Of a stretch of 64,000 nucleotides of DNA, positions 35,665 through 45,695 are shown piece after piece. Below the pieces are notes generated by a model that saw nothing but the letters and a program-made list of their open reading frames with translations, had not been told where the DNA came from and did no database searches. The stretch is from a bacterium (GTDB lineage: Bacteria; Patescibacteriota; Minisyncoccia; UBA6257; GWB1-50-10), in contig JAKAHD010000001.1 in assembly GCA_021815205.1 (NCBI GenBank), forward strand, positions 25,247-89,246, given 5' to 3'. The position numbers were made by a program, and so were the translations under genes. Each line of letters begins with the position of its first letter. Position 1 is the first letter of the stretch.

Positions 35665-36408
35665 TTGGAGGTAGATTTTTCTGAAATAAAGAAACTTGAA
35701 GATAAAATAAAAAAGCTTCAAGACCTGAACGAAATGTGGGGGAGAGTTTTCTCTCTGGCGCTTCATGATATCCGAAGCCCGCTTAATGGCGTGTTAGGAT
35801 TTTCTGACATGCTTTCGTCGGAATTTGATTCGTTTTCCGATGAAGAAAAAAAGGAATTCTTGTCAAAAATTTCCCTGTCTGCAAAGAGAATAGTCGAGAC
35901 AATGGATCAATTTACCGATTTAGGAGAACAACTGTCTTTAGGGAGGGCTCTCAAAAAGGAAAAATTGAACCTGAAGGATGCGATTAATAAGGTTGTTGAT
36001 TCCCTCTCTTTTGAAGCTGAGACGAAAAAGATTTCTCTTTCCGTATCCGTTGATAAGAGGGTCTTTCTCTCCGTGGATAAATTGATGTTCTTCGGTATTA
36101 TCCGAAACCTTCTCGCGAACGCGATAAAATTCCAAGCGGGCGGGATGGTCAAGATTGCGGTGGAGCAAAGCCACGGATTAATCTACATACACATTATGAA
36201 TTCCGGCACATTTATCCCGGAAGAAAATATCAAAAGACTTTTCCTTCGTTTTGACGGTAAAAGCACTCCTGATACCGATGGGAAAACAAGTACAGGACTT
36301 GGTCTCATGCTGGTGAAGGAGTTTGTGGAGCTCAATGGAGGCGGTATTTCCGTCATGAGCAAGCCTGAGGTAGGCACCACTTTCACCGTCATGTTCCCAG
36401 TGCCTTGA
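35665..36408 (+). CDS. Cytoplasmic sensor histidine kinase (HisKA + HATPase_c), orphan, low GC
   Basis: H-box ALHDIRSPLNGVLGF; N/G1/G2 boxes NLLANAIKF...GLGLMLVKEFVELNGG. No TM region and no adjacent response regulator. Markedly AT-richer than its neighbours. Confidence 0.75.
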   Translation: MEVDFSEIKKLEDKIKKLQDLNEMWGRVFSLALHDIRSPLNGVLGFSDMLSSEFDSFSDEEKKEFLSKISLSAKRIVETMDQFTDLGEQLSLGRALKKEKLNLKDAINKVVDSLSFEAETKKISLSVSVDKRVFLSVDKLMFFGIIRNLLANAIKFQAGGMVKIAVEQSHGLIYIHIMNSGTFIPEENIKRLFLRFDGKSTPDTDGKTSTGLGLMLVKEFVELNGGGISVMSKPEVGTTFTVMFPVP

Positions 36409-36425
36409 CGAGACTTTTATTTTAC

Positions 36426-36465
36426 GAGCGCTATCCAGATAATTCCGGATAGCGCTACATTTTTT
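36426..36465 (+). terminator. Rho-independent terminator after the histidine kinase gene
   Basis: AGCGCTATCCAGATAATTCCGGATAGCGCT hairpin followed by TTTTTT. Confidence 0.6.
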
Positions 36466-36495
36466 CGTATCAGCGGCAATCAGCGGTAATCCGTA

Positions 36496-37458
36496 CTACT
36501 TCTTTTTCTTTATTTCATTCAGAATCTTTTTCACCTTCTCGAGGCTCGCATCGTCGTAAATCGAAATCGGCGTGGGGGAGAGTTTCAGTTTTTTCAAAGC
36601 AGTGATTTTTTTCTTCAGTTCTTTTTCGTCCGCCATGTCGCTTTTTGAAAGAAACACGTATTCCGGTTTTTTGAGGAGTGCCGGGCGGTAGTTCTTGAGC
36701 TCGGCGCGGATGGTTGTGTAATCCTCCGCAGGCGTCTCGGATTCCGCAGAGATAAAGTGAAAGAGCACGCGCGTGCGTTCAATGTGCCGTAGAAACTTGA
36801 TGCCGAGCCCTTTGCCGTGCGAGGCGCCCTCGATGAGTCCGGGGATATCGGCGAGAATAAGCTCGTAGTACGTGCCAAGGTTCGGTTCAAGTGTCGTAAA
36901 CTGGTAGTTCGCCACCTTTGCCTTCGCGTTCGTAAGTTCGTTCAAGAAACTTGATTTTCCAACATTCGGAAGCCCGACGAATCCCACATCCGCGATCATC
37001 TTGAGTTCGAGCCGGAATGTGAAGTGTTCTCCCCGCGTGCCTTCTTGGAACTCCGTGGGGCTCGTGTTTCTGGGGGAGCGAAAATGGAAGTTACCTTTGC
37101 CGCCGTGCCCGCCTTTCGCGAGAAGCAGGCGTTCGCCGATGTGCGTGATCTCCGCGTCTGTTTTGTTCGTGAGATTATGGATCACTGTTCCTACCGGAAC
37201 TTTGAGCACAAGATCTTCGCCGGTCGTGCCGTCGCGGAACTGCGAGCGTCCTTCTCCGCCGTGCTCCGCGCGGAACTCTTTTCTATTGCGGAACTGGTTC
37301 AAGGCGCTCAAGTCGGAAATGCCCTCCGCATAGACGTTGCCTCCGTTTCCTCCGTGCGCGCCCGTGGGGCCCTGCGCCCCGAGGTTTTTGTCGAAAGCGA
37401 CCGCGCCCTTACCCCCGTTTCCCGCATATACTTCTATCGTTACGTCATCGATAAGCAT
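36496..37458 (-). CDS. obg: GTPase Obg
   Basis: Gly-rich N-terminal Obg fold (NGGKGAVAFDKNLGAQGPTGAHGGNGGNVY) plus G domain (GLPNVGKSS...DIPGLIEGAS). Confidence 0.93.
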   Translation of the reverse strand: MLIDDVTIEVYAGNGGKGAVAFDKNLGAQGPTGAHGGNGGNVYAEGISDLSALNQFRNRKEFRAEHGGEGRSQFRDGTTGEDLVLKVPVGTVIHNLTNKTDAEITHIGERLLLAKGGHGGKGNFHFRSPRNTSPTEFQEGTRGEHFTFRLELKMIADVGFVGLPNVGKSSFLNELTNAKAKVANYQFTTLEPNLGTYYELILADIPGLIEGASHGKGLGIKFLRHIERTRVLFHFISAESETPAEDYTTIRAELKNYRPALLKKPEYVFLSKSDMADEKELKKKITALKKLKLSPTPISIYDDASLEKVKKILNEIKKKK

Positions 37459-37786
37459 AAAGGTATTGTAGCCGTTTTCCCCGATTTAAGGTACTTTTCC
37501 CTTACTCTATAGAGATCGAACTTCGATAGATCTTTTGTCTTTGCGAGGCAATAGCGATCGCCGAAGCAATCTCAATAACCGCAATAACAGGATTCGTTTG
37601 CGTTTTTGAGAGAGGGTGATTAAATGAATGGATATGGTTTATCCCGTTGGAAATAAACGTGCAATCGATATTTATGTATACAAAAATTTTTAGGAAGACC
37701 CCTTCTCGTCAATCGGGTTCTTTAGTTTATCCCCACACCCTCCAGAATACCTTGCGGCGAAGGTGTGAGGATTTATTTCTAACGGG

Positions 37787-38884
37787 ATGAAAAAGTTTGG
37801 TGCGCTCCCGTCGCAGATGCTTCGGGAGATGATGGAGGGAGGATTCATTAAGAACGCGGTTTCTGACGGTGTGAATCCCGGATCGCTTGACCTTGCGCTT
37901 TCCGAGGAGGTGTATCGCGTGGAAGGAGTGTTTCTCCCCGAACCCGGCGAAACGGTGCGCGAACTCTTGGGAAAGATCACCCGCACGCCGCACGAGTACG
38001 CGAAACCCCTGGAACGCGACGTCACGTATCTCGCGCGGCTTAAGGAGATATTTGCCCTTCCCGCGGAGGTATATGGCTACTGTAATCCGAAGAGCTCGAC
38101 GGGAAGAAACGATGTGCATGTGCGCGTCCTCACGGACGGCGTCTCGCGCTACGATGTGGTGCCCGCGGGATATCGCGGCGAAGCGTGGCTTGTCATCAAT
38201 CCAAAATCATTTTCGATTGTGGTCGCACCCGGAGAGCGGCTCGTGCAGGTTCGGCTCTTTAATGGCGATACTCGTTTCAACGAGCTCGAGCTCGAGATGA
38301 CGATGCAGAAAGAGCCGCTCCTCTTCGATACGCACGGCGTACCCATCGGCTATGACCGGCTGAAGATAAAAGACGGGGATGGCTCGATTATCCTCCGGCT
38401 CGATACGGAGATTCATCCCGTGGGATACGCCTGCTTCGGCTCCGACCGCGTGCTTGATTTTTCGAAAAAGGACTTTTATGCGCCGCGGGATTTTTTTAAT
38501 GAGGTGAAAAAAGAACACGAATATGTCCGTTTGAAAAAAGGAGTATTTTATATTCTTTCCTCGAGAGAGGCGGTAAGAGTTCCGCCATACCTTGCGTGCG
38601 AGATGCGCCCCATGGATGAACGGAGCGGTGAATTTAGATCGCATTATGCGGGATTCATCGATCCGGGATGGGGATACGGAAAAGACGGAGAAGGGAAGGG
38701 AAGACCGCTCACGCTCGAGGTGCGTCCGTTTGAGGACATCATCGTGCGTCCGCGGCAGGTGATCGCAAAAATCAGATTTGAGCGCATGATGGATGTCCCC
38801 GATATGTTGTATGATGCGGCGGGGAAGTCGAATTACGTAGCGCAGTCAAAGGCGAAGCTCTCGAAGCATTTTGTGAGTGAGTGA
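37787..38884 (+). CDS. dCTP deaminase-like protein, long two-domain form
   Basis: The N-terminal half resembles Dcd (ALPSQMLREMMEGGFI...VNPGSLDLALSEEVYRV). At 365 aa it is about twice canonical Dcd. Confidence 0.55.
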   Translation: MKKFGALPSQMLREMMEGGFIKNAVSDGVNPGSLDLALSEEVYRVEGVFLPEPGETVRELLGKITRTPHEYAKPLERDVTYLARLKEIFALPAEVYGYCNPKSSTGRNDVHVRVLTDGVSRYDVVPAGYRGEAWLVINPKSFSIVVAPGERLVQVRLFNGDTRFNELELEMTMQKEPLLFDTHGVPIGYDRLKIKDGDGSIILRLDTEIHPVGYACFGSDRVLDFSKKDFYAPRDFFNEVKKEHEYVRLKKGVFYILSSREAVRVPPYLACEMRPMDERSGEFRSHYAGFIDPGWGYGKDGEGKGRPLTLEVRPFEDIIVRPRQVIAKIRFERMMDVPDMLYDAAGKSNYVAQSKAKLSKHFVSE

Positions 38885-38907
38885 TTGCATAGTATAATGA
38901 AAACCTT

Positions 38908-39540
38908 ATGCAAGACACTACGTTTGTTACCCTCGTTTCGTGGGTGATTGCGCATGGGTATGCGTTGTTTTTCATCGCCGCGGTCTTGGAAGGGCCGCTC
39001 GTAACCGCCGCCGCGGGAGTTGCCGCCTCGCTTGGCGTATTCAGTTTGCCGATCGTGATTCTCATTTCGATTGCGGGCGACCTGATCGCCGACATCGTGT
39101 ACTATTCGATAGGATACTGGGGAGGAAGGCCGTTTGTCGCGCGCTACGGGGGCATTTTCAAATTAACTCCGGAACGCATCACAAAATTCGAGTCGCTTAT
39201 CCATCGGCATCTCGGAAAGACGCTCGTGTTCTTCAAACTTTCCCCCGTCATCCCCGTGCCGGGGATTCTTATGGTGGGAACTTCTCGCGCTCCTCTCAAG
39301 CGGTTTATTAAAATTTCTCTCGCAATTACGCTCCCCAAATCGCTTCTCTTCGCGTTTCTCGGTTTCTATTCGGGCAAGGCATACAAATATTTAAGCGGCA
39401 GCATTGTGAAGGCGCAGTATGCGGTGTTCATCGTGACGCTTCTCATATTCGCGGTGTATTTCCTGTATAAATGGGTCACCTCGTATCTCGCAAATCAAAT
39501 CGACGACAAGAACGAAGAAGAAGAAAATATGAACCGATGA
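38908..39540 (+). CDS. DedA/SNARE-associated (TVP38) family membrane protein
   Basis: DedA signature around GYWGGRPFVARYGG...KFESLIHRHLGKTLVFFKLSPVIPVPG. Confidence 0.75.
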   Translation: MQDTTFVTLVSWVIAHGYALFFIAAVLEGPLVTAAAGVAASLGVFSLPIVILISIAGDLIADIVYYSIGYWGGRPFVARYGGIFKLTPERITKFESLIHRHLGKTLVFFKLSPVIPVPGILMVGTSRAPLKRFIKISLAITLPKSLLFAFLGFYSGKAYKYLSGSIVKAQYAVFIVTLLIFAVYFLYKWVTSYLANQIDDKNEEEENMNR

Positions 39541-40685
39541 AAGTCGCATACTTCATAGGATCGGCAAAGAACGAGGGTGACGGGGTAAACCGTGTACTTG
39601 CCCGCCTCATCAAAGAGGGAGAGAAACGGGGCGTGGAGAGCATGATCGTGACGGGGTGGGTCGAGAGTCCGGGAACCACCTATCACGTTCCCATTATTAC
39701 CATCCCTTCTCTCGTGTTTCCGCTCTACCGCGAGTACCGGTTTCCGCTTCCGTGGATGAAGAATTTTTATCCACATCTCGACGCGTTCAAACCGGATATT
39801 ATTCATGTGCACAGCCCCGATACGAGCGCGTGGGAAGCGCTCGGCTACGCGCGAAAGCGGGGGATCCCGATCATGGCAACGCATCACACCGATTTCGTGC
39901 GGTACCTGAAGTACTACCACCTTTCCGCATTGAAGCTCTTCGTGTGGTTTCTTCTCCGTTCTCTGTATAACAAACTCGATCTCGTCACCGCCACCTCGTC
40001 ATTCACGGGAGACGATCTTGTGCGGCACGGCGTGCGGAATGTGCGCGTCGTGATGTGGGGCGCGGATCAGGCGCAATTCAACCCTTCCTTCCGCTCCGAT
40101 GCATGGCGCAGAAAAATACTGAAAGAAGGTGAGAAACACGTCTTGTTTTGCGCCTCACGGCTCACGTGGGAAAAAGATCTCCAGACGCTTGCGGAGACGT
40201 ACAAGATGCTCCGGGAGAAACGGAGCGATTGCGCGATGGCGATTGCGGGGGATGGCCCCGCGAGAAAGAAACTCGAAGCGATGATGCCCGGCGCCGTGTT
40301 TTTGGGAAGGATCGGGGGCAGGGAATTTTCCGAGGCGTATGCCTCGTCCGATGTATTGCTCTTCCCCTCGAGTACCGAGACATTCGGAAACGTAACGATC
40401 GAGGCAATGGCGTCGGGGCTCGTGCCGGTCGTCGCAAATGAAGGAGGATCGAAATCGCTCGTCGAGGATGGGGTTACGGGATTTTTGTGCGCGCCGAGAG
40501 ACCCGAAGAGTTTTTTCGAAAAAACCACGCGACTGCTTGACGATGCGGTATTAAGAAGAAACATGCGGGAAGCGGCGCTCCTTTATGCGAAGGATTTTAC
40601 ATGGGACGCGGTATACGGAAAGATGCGTGCGCTCTACGAGGAACTTATACACACGCATAAAAATAAGGAAGGGTTGTCATTCTGA
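39537..40685 (+). CDS. Glycosyltransferase family 4 (GT-B) protein
   Basis: C-terminal GT1/GT4 motif (EGGSKSLVEDGVTGFL, ETFGNVTIEAMASGLPVV). The start overlaps the DedA stop (ATGA). Confidence 0.85.
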   Translation: MKVAYFIGSAKNEGDGVNRVLARLIKEGEKRGVESMIVTGWVESPGTTYHVPIITIPSLVFPLYREYRFPLPWMKNFYPHLDAFKPDIIHVHSPDTSAWEALGYARKRGIPIMATHHTDFVRYLKYYHLSALKLFVWFLLRSLYNKLDLVTATSSFTGDDLVRHGVRNVRVVMWGADQAQFNPSFRSDAWRRKILKEGEKHVLFCASRLTWEKDLQTLAETYKMLREKRSDCAMAIAGDGPARKKLEAMMPGAVFLGRIGGREFSEAYASSDVLLFPSSTETFGNVTIEAMASGLVPVVANEGGSKSLVEDGVTGFLCAPRDPKSFFEKTTRLLDDAVLRRNMREAALLYAKDFTWDAVYGKMRALYEELIHTHKNKEGLSF

Positions 40686-40789
40686 ATTTTTATCAACACA
40701 GAAACGAAGAGTGAGAGTATTCCGATAAGAACTGTGCGGGGCAGTTCAGTGGAGTGCAACAAGAAATACAAATCCGCTAGAATAAGAGA

Positions 40790-41428
40790 ATGATCTCTTC
40801 ATTGCTCACATCCCTCGCTTCCTTTGTGAGCGCGGCGATAAGCACGCTCGGCTATCCCGGTATTGCGGTGCTTATGGCGCTCGAATCCGCCGCGACGCCT
40901 CTCCCCTCGGAGCTTATCATGCCGTTCGCCGGCTACCTCGTTTCGACGGGGAGGTTCTCCCTCTTTGGCGTTTCGCTCGCGGGGGCCCTGGGTTCGACAT
41001 TGGGCTCGATTATTGTGTATATGATCGCGCGCTACGGCGGGCGCCCGCTCGTTGAAAAATATGGCAAGCGCATATTCATTTCTCCTGCGCATCTTGAGGC
41101 GGCGGAGATCTTTTTCAAAACACACGGCGTGTCCGCGCTCTTCTTGGGGAGAATAATTCCGGTGGTGCGCACCTATATTTCGATCCCCGCAGGCATCGCG
41201 CAAGCCCCCCTCGGGATATTTACGCTTACATGTTTCGTCGGTTCGTTCCTGTGGTCGCTTCTTCTCGCGTGGGTCGGGCAGATCTTCGGGAACGGGTGGC
41301 ATATCATTACCCCCTACGCGCAGATCATAAACTACTGTATCGGCATCGCGCTCTTCTTTTTAGTGGCGTATTGGTTTTTGAAACGCGTCCTTTCCAGAAG
41401 AGATAACAAGAGAGACCGAGAAGACTAA
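40790..41428 (+). CDS. DedA family membrane protein (second copy)
   Basis: GYPGIAVLMALESAATPLPSELIMPFAGYL...RYGGRPLVEKYGKR canonical DedA block. Confidence 0.85.
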   Translation: MISSLLTSLASFVSAAISTLGYPGIAVLMALESAATPLPSELIMPFAGYLVSTGRFSLFGVSLAGALGSTLGSIIVYMIARYGGRPLVEKYGKRIFISPAHLEAAEIFFKTHGVSALFLGRIIPVVRTYISIPAGIAQAPLGIFTLTCFVGSFLWSLLLAWVGQIFGNGWHIITPYAQIINYCIGIALFFLVAYWFLKRVLSRRDNKRDRED

Positions 41429-41444
41429 AACGTCTCTCCTACGG

Positions 41445-41468
41445 GGTGTTATGACGCGTCATAACACC
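41445..41468. repeat. Palindrome family A copy 4
   Basis: Exact GGTGTTATGACGCGTCATAACACC about 90 nt upstream of the zwf-gnd fusion start. Confidence 0.9.
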
Positions 41469-41557
41469 CTCGATCCCATTCGCCTACCCCCATACCAGAG
41501 CGTACACTCGTGATGTGGGGGGTTTACTTCGGGAGGCGTTCGGTGGATACTAGAGGA

Positions 41558-44044
41558 ATGTATTTATCGAACGAGCAGAACTTCTCCTCTCGAATACCCA
41601 CGATCGTAGTCGTGATGGGTGCGACGGGCGATCTGATGACGAAGAAGATTACCCCCGCGCTTTTCGGTCTGTTCCGGAAAGGCGCGCTTCCCGCCATGTT
41701 TCGCGTCGTGGGATTCGCGCGCCGCGATCTCACGCACAACGAGTTTCAAGAGCGCGGCAGGGAGATTCTCGAGAACTATTACCCGCGTGAAGCGCATACG
41801 AAAGCCGCCCGGGATTTTCTCGGCCGCTATTTCTACGAGCGAGGTATGTTCGAGAGGAAAAAGGACTACGAGCGGCTGAAGCGCGCGCTCGGGAAGATCG
41901 ACGACGAGTGGGGAATGTGCTCGAATAAGATTTTTTATCTTGCGGTGCCTCCGCGGCGGTATCCCGAGATTGCGAACCATCTCGCGGCAACGGGACTTTC
42001 GAAGCCGTGCGGAGGCCCCGACGAGGGGTGGACCCGCGTCATCGTGGAGAAGCCGTTCGGAAGCGATGAAAAAAGCGCAAAGGCGCTGGACGCGCTCCTC
42101 GGAAAACTCTTCCGCGAGGAGCAGATCTACCGTATTGATCACTATCTCGCGAAAGAGATGCTCCAAAATATCCTCACGTTCCGCTTCGCAAACAATCTTT
42201 TTGAGACGAACTGGGGAGGCAATCTCATTGAGCGCATGCATATAAAACTTCTCGAATCGATCGGCGTGGAGGATCGTGGGGGATTTTACGATGGGGTTGG
42301 TGCGCTCCGCGACGTAGGGCAGAACCACCTGCTCCAGATGCTCGCGCTTGTGACGATGGAACGCCCCGAGACATTCTCCGCTTCCGCCATCCGCGCGGCG
42401 CGCGCAAGAATTCTCGAGACGCTCGAGATTCCTTCCGCGAAAGACGTGCGCAACAATACATTCCGCGCGCAGTATGAAGGATATCGCGCGATTAAGGGCG
42501 TTGCTTCCAATTCGAATACGGAGACCTACTTCAAGGTGCGGGCGCGGCTCCGCGCGCCGCGATGGAGGGGAGTGCCGATCACAATGGAATCGGGAAAACG
42601 TATGGGAAAGCCGTTGAAGGAGATCGAGATCGTATTCCGCCATCCCAGCCCATGCCTTTGTCCCGAAGGAGAGACGCATTATGCAAACTCCCTCGTCATA
42701 CATCTCGAACCAAAAGAAGGAATCACGATCCGTTTTTGGTCCAAGAAGCCGGGACATACCATGGAACTCGAGAGACGGACGTTCGATTTTGCATTCAGAG
42801 AGAAGGATGCCCATTCCCAGTACACCGAGGAGTATGAAAAGCTCCTTCTCGATTGCATCGCAGACGACCAGACACTTTTTGTGTCAAGCGAGGAAATCAA
42901 GGCGATGTGGAACTTTATTGATCCGATCGTCGCGGGATGGGAGAAAGGTGCGGTGCCGCTTGTGCGCTATGTTCCCGGGAGTGCCGACATCTCGGAGCAC
43001 GCCGAGGAAGCGATCCGAAGCCGCGAAACGTCCGGAAGGATCACGACGCGAGAGATTGGCGTGGTGGGACTCGGGAAAATGGGATCAGGGATCGCGCTCC
43101 AGCTCGTCGAGAAGGGATGGAAGATACACGCATGGAACAGAACCCCCGAGGTTACGCGGCGGCTCGCACGCGAGGGACTTCACGGCGTATATTCGATCAA
43201 GGAACTTGTCGCCGCGCTTCCCGCGCCGCGCGTGGTATGGCTCATGGTTCCTTCCTTCGCTAAAGCTGCGAATGGCAAGCCCGAGGAAAAGCCGGTTGAT
43301 GAGATGCTCTTCGGGAAAGAAGGGCTCGCGCGTTTTTTGAAACAAGGAGACATCGTAGTGGATGGCGGCAATTCCTTTTTTGAGGATTCCGTGCGGCGTG
43401 CGGCGCGCCTCAAAAAGCTCGGTATCCGATTCGTGGACGCGGGGGTTTCGGGAGGCCCTTGGGGCGCGCGACACGGCGCGTCCATTATGGTGGGAGGAGA
43501 GAAAAAAGATTTTGAGTATCTCAAACCGCTTCTCGAAAACCTTTCGGTGCGGGGTGGGTACGGGTACATGGGAAAATCGGGCGCCGGGCACTTTGTAAAA
43601 ATGGTGCACAACGGCATCGAATACGGCATGATGCAGTCCTTGGCGGAAGGGTTCTCGGTGATCAAGAAATCGAAGCTCGTTTCTGATCTCCGCGAAGTTG
43701 CGCGAGTATACGGAAATGGAAGTGTGATCACCTCGCGGCTCGTGGACTGGCTCCAGGGCGGGCTTGCACAGTACGGAACATCGTTGCGGGGGGTATCCGG
43801 CTCCGTGGCGCATACGGGAGAAGGAGAATGGACCGTGAAGACGGCAAAGAAACTCAAGGTGCAAACCCCCGTTATAAAGGACGCATTCGACTTCAGAGTG
43901 CGTTCGGCCGCACACCCGAGTTATACGGGTCAGATCCTTTCGATGCTCCGGAATCAGTTCGGCGGCCACTCGCTCATTTCAGAATCAGGAAAGAAGAAGA
44001 AAAGGAAACGATCGGGCAATCGCGCCCGCGGAACGCGGCTGTAA
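41558..44044 (+). CDS. zwf: Fused glucose-6-phosphate dehydrogenase (N, ~485 aa) and 6-phosphogluconate dehydrogenase, short decarboxylating Gnd/YqeC-like (C, ~330 aa)
   Basis: G6PD motifs GATGDLMTKK and RIDHYLAKE. After a ~20-aa linker come the 6PGDH Rossmann VGLGKMGSG and the GMMQSLAEGF / GAGHFVKMVHNGIEYG blocks. The reading frame is uninterrupted for 844 codons. Confidence 0.85.
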   Translation: MYLSNEQNFSSRIPTIVVVMGATGDLMTKKITPALFGLFRKGALPAMFRVVGFARRDLTHNEFQERGREILENYYPREAHTKAARDFLGRYFYERGMFERKKDYERLKRALGKIDDEWGMCSNKIFYLAVPPRRYPEIANHLAATGLSKPCGGPDEGWTRVIVEKPFGSDEKSAKALDALLGKLFREEQIYRIDHYLAKEMLQNILTFRFANNLFETNWGGNLIERMHIKLLESIGVEDRGGFYDGVGALRDVGQNHLLQMLALVTMERPETFSASAIRAARARILETLEIPSAKDVRNNTFRAQYEGYRAIKGVASNSNTETYFKVRARLRAPRWRGVPITMESGKRMGKPLKEIEIVFRHPSPCLCPEGETHYANSLVIHLEPKEGITIRFWSKKPGHTMELERRTFDFAFREKDAHSQYTEEYEKLLLDCIADDQTLFVSSEEIKAMWNFIDPIVAGWEKGAVPLVRYVPGSADISEHAEEAIRSRETSGRITTREIGVVGLGKMGSGIALQLVEKGWKIHAWNRTPEVTRRLAREGLHGVYSIKELVAALPAPRVVWLMVPSFAKAANGKPEEKPVDEMLFGKEGLARFLKQGDIVVDGGNSFFEDSVRRAARLKKLGIRFVDAGVSGGPWGARHGASIMVGGEKKDFEYLKPLLENLSVRGGYGYMGKSGAGHFVKMVHNGIEYGMMQSLAEGFSVIKKSKLVSDLREVARVYGNGSVITSRLVDWLQGGLAQYGTSLRGVSGSVAHTGEGEWTVKTAKKLKVQTPVIKDAFDFRVRSAAHPSYTGQILSMLRNQFGGHSLISESGKKKKRKRSGNRARGTRL

Positions 44045-44069
44045 AGCATTATTTATCCGCTCTTAATTC

Positions 44070-44729
44070 ATGCGTGCGATTTTCGAACGATATAGATTGT
44101 GTGTTCGCGAGAAAGGATTTGGGTTTTCCCTCGCCGTTTCCTTTGCGCTCCTTGTGGTCGGGGTTGTCGTGACGTGGTTTGCGATTGTGTATGCGACCGA
44201 GCGCTCCAGTAACTCCGTGAGCGACGTTATTCTAAGCAATATTCCCGTATTCGACGTGGACGGCATCTTTCTCTACGGCCCCGTCATCTACTGGGTTATT
44301 ATAGGATTATATCTGCTGTCTCATCCCGAGAAGCTTCCCTTTTCCCTAAAGACGATAGGACTTTTCCTTCTTATTCGATCCGCATTTATCAGTATGACGC
44401 ATATTGGCCCCTTCATTCCGAACTCCACAACGACAGGCGGCATCATAGGCGTCTTTACGACGGGGAATGATCTCTTTTTCTCGAGTCATACGGGATTGCC
44501 GTTCCTTATGGGCTTGATGCTTTGGAAGAACGAATATATGAGATATTTCTCGCTTGCGGCGTCGGTCTTTTTCGGCGCGGTCGTCCTTATGGCACACCTC
44601 CATTACTCGATCGACGTCTTTGCCGCTTTTTTCATTACTTTCTCGATCTTCTCGATTGCGAAGGTGTTTTTTAAAAGAGATTTCACGAGGTCCAACCTCC
44701 GTATGGAGGTTGGACCTCGCAGCGACTAA
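44070..44729 (+). CDS. PAP2_C / sphingomyelin-synthase-like family polytopic membrane protein
   Basis: C-terminal motifs SSHTG and HLHYSIDVFAAFFI resemble the SGHT / HYTxDV motifs of PAP2_C (SMS/IPC-synthase-like) enzymes. The first PAP2 motif is absent. Confidence 0.45.
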   Translation: MRAIFERYRLCVREKGFGFSLAVSFALLVVGVVVTWFAIVYATERSSNSVSDVILSNIPVFDVDGIFLYGPVIYWVIIGLYLLSHPEKLPFSLKTIGLFLLIRSAFISMTHIGPFIPNSTTTGGIIGVFTTGNDLFFSSHTGLPFLMGLMLWKNEYMRYFSLAASVFFGAVVLMAHLHYSIDVFAAFFITFSIFSIAKVFFKRDFTRSNLRMEVGPRSD

Positions 44730-44736
44730 AAAGAGG

Positions 44737-45354
44737 CTAGTAGCCCTGGGGGAAGCTGTATGAAGAGGGAATCTGTTTCGGGAGTTCTTCTTTCAAGCCG
44801 TATGCGATTACGATCTCCTGATGCGGAGCGAGCACGAGATCGCGCGGGTTCTCGGTGTACGGCGCGCCGTTTACGAACATCGCGAGCGTCGAGCTTGCGG
44901 TCGTACAGTAGCCGCCGATACATTGGTTCGTAAGTCGCACCCCCCAGATATCAAAGAACTGCCCCAGTGTAAAATCCTGGACGACGGGCGATTCCACATG
45001 GATGATTTGCGCTGTGTCGTGTGTATGGATGGGCGCGATGAATCTCGCCGCGTCGTCAATGCCAATATCCTGTGGTACGGGAACTATTTTCCTGTGAATA
45101 AAAATATCGAGATGTTGGTGATTATGGAGCGCGGCACCTTCTTTGGTAAGTGCGGGGAGCCCGATATCCGCGAGCCGCGCCTTGAGCTGTGCCGTCTCGG
45201 CTTGCCAGGGCGCCTCTCCGGTTTGTATTCCCGGAAGGTTATTTGGATCGGTGACGGCGGGATGCGGCGCAGCACCTTTCCCGCCGAGCCAGAAGAGTAC
45301 CGCGAGCACGACCGCAATGCCTCCCGCGAAATAGAGCGATGTATGTTTTTTCAT
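44737..45354 (-). CDS. Hypothetical secreted/membrane-anchored protein (DUF3105-like His-rich motif)
   Basis: N-terminal signal/TM, then HNHQHLDIFIHRK...IAPIHTHD...TLGQFFDIWGV, reminiscent of DUF3105 metal-binding proteins. The start is taken at the internal Met MKKHTSLYF. Confidence 0.4.
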   Translation of the reverse strand: MKKHTSLYFAGGIAVVLAVLFWLGGKGAAPHPAVTDPNNLPGIQTGEAPWQAETAQLKARLADIGLPALTKEGAALHNHQHLDIFIHRKIVPVPQDIGIDDAARFIAPIHTHDTAQIIHVESPVVQDFTLGQFFDIWGVRLTNQCIGGYCTTASSTLAMFVNGAPYTENPRDLVLAPHQEIVIAYGLKEELPKQIPSSYSFPQGY

Positions 45355-45695
45355 AGCGTTATAATGATGCACGAAGTTCGTGGGGAACGCAAACACAAGA
45401 AACCCCGCTTCGAGAAGCGAGGTTTTCTATAACGCGTGCACGATAGATTCCGTGCTGCGAATCAGTATGATTCGCTTATGCGTATAGGTACGCAAGGAGG
45501 AGTTATGTATGTTCATGCACAGATCGGAGGCGAACGCAAGAATACTGCATGTGTTGCAATATCGTTTTTGCCCACTCGTATATACATTATCGGCATATAT
45601 GGGAATTACGGCGATATTTCTAGAAGCAGGCGGCCTTTTAAATGTATGGTTATTTCCTGCTCATAGAGTACGGACACGCGAGCGGCGAAAAGGTG

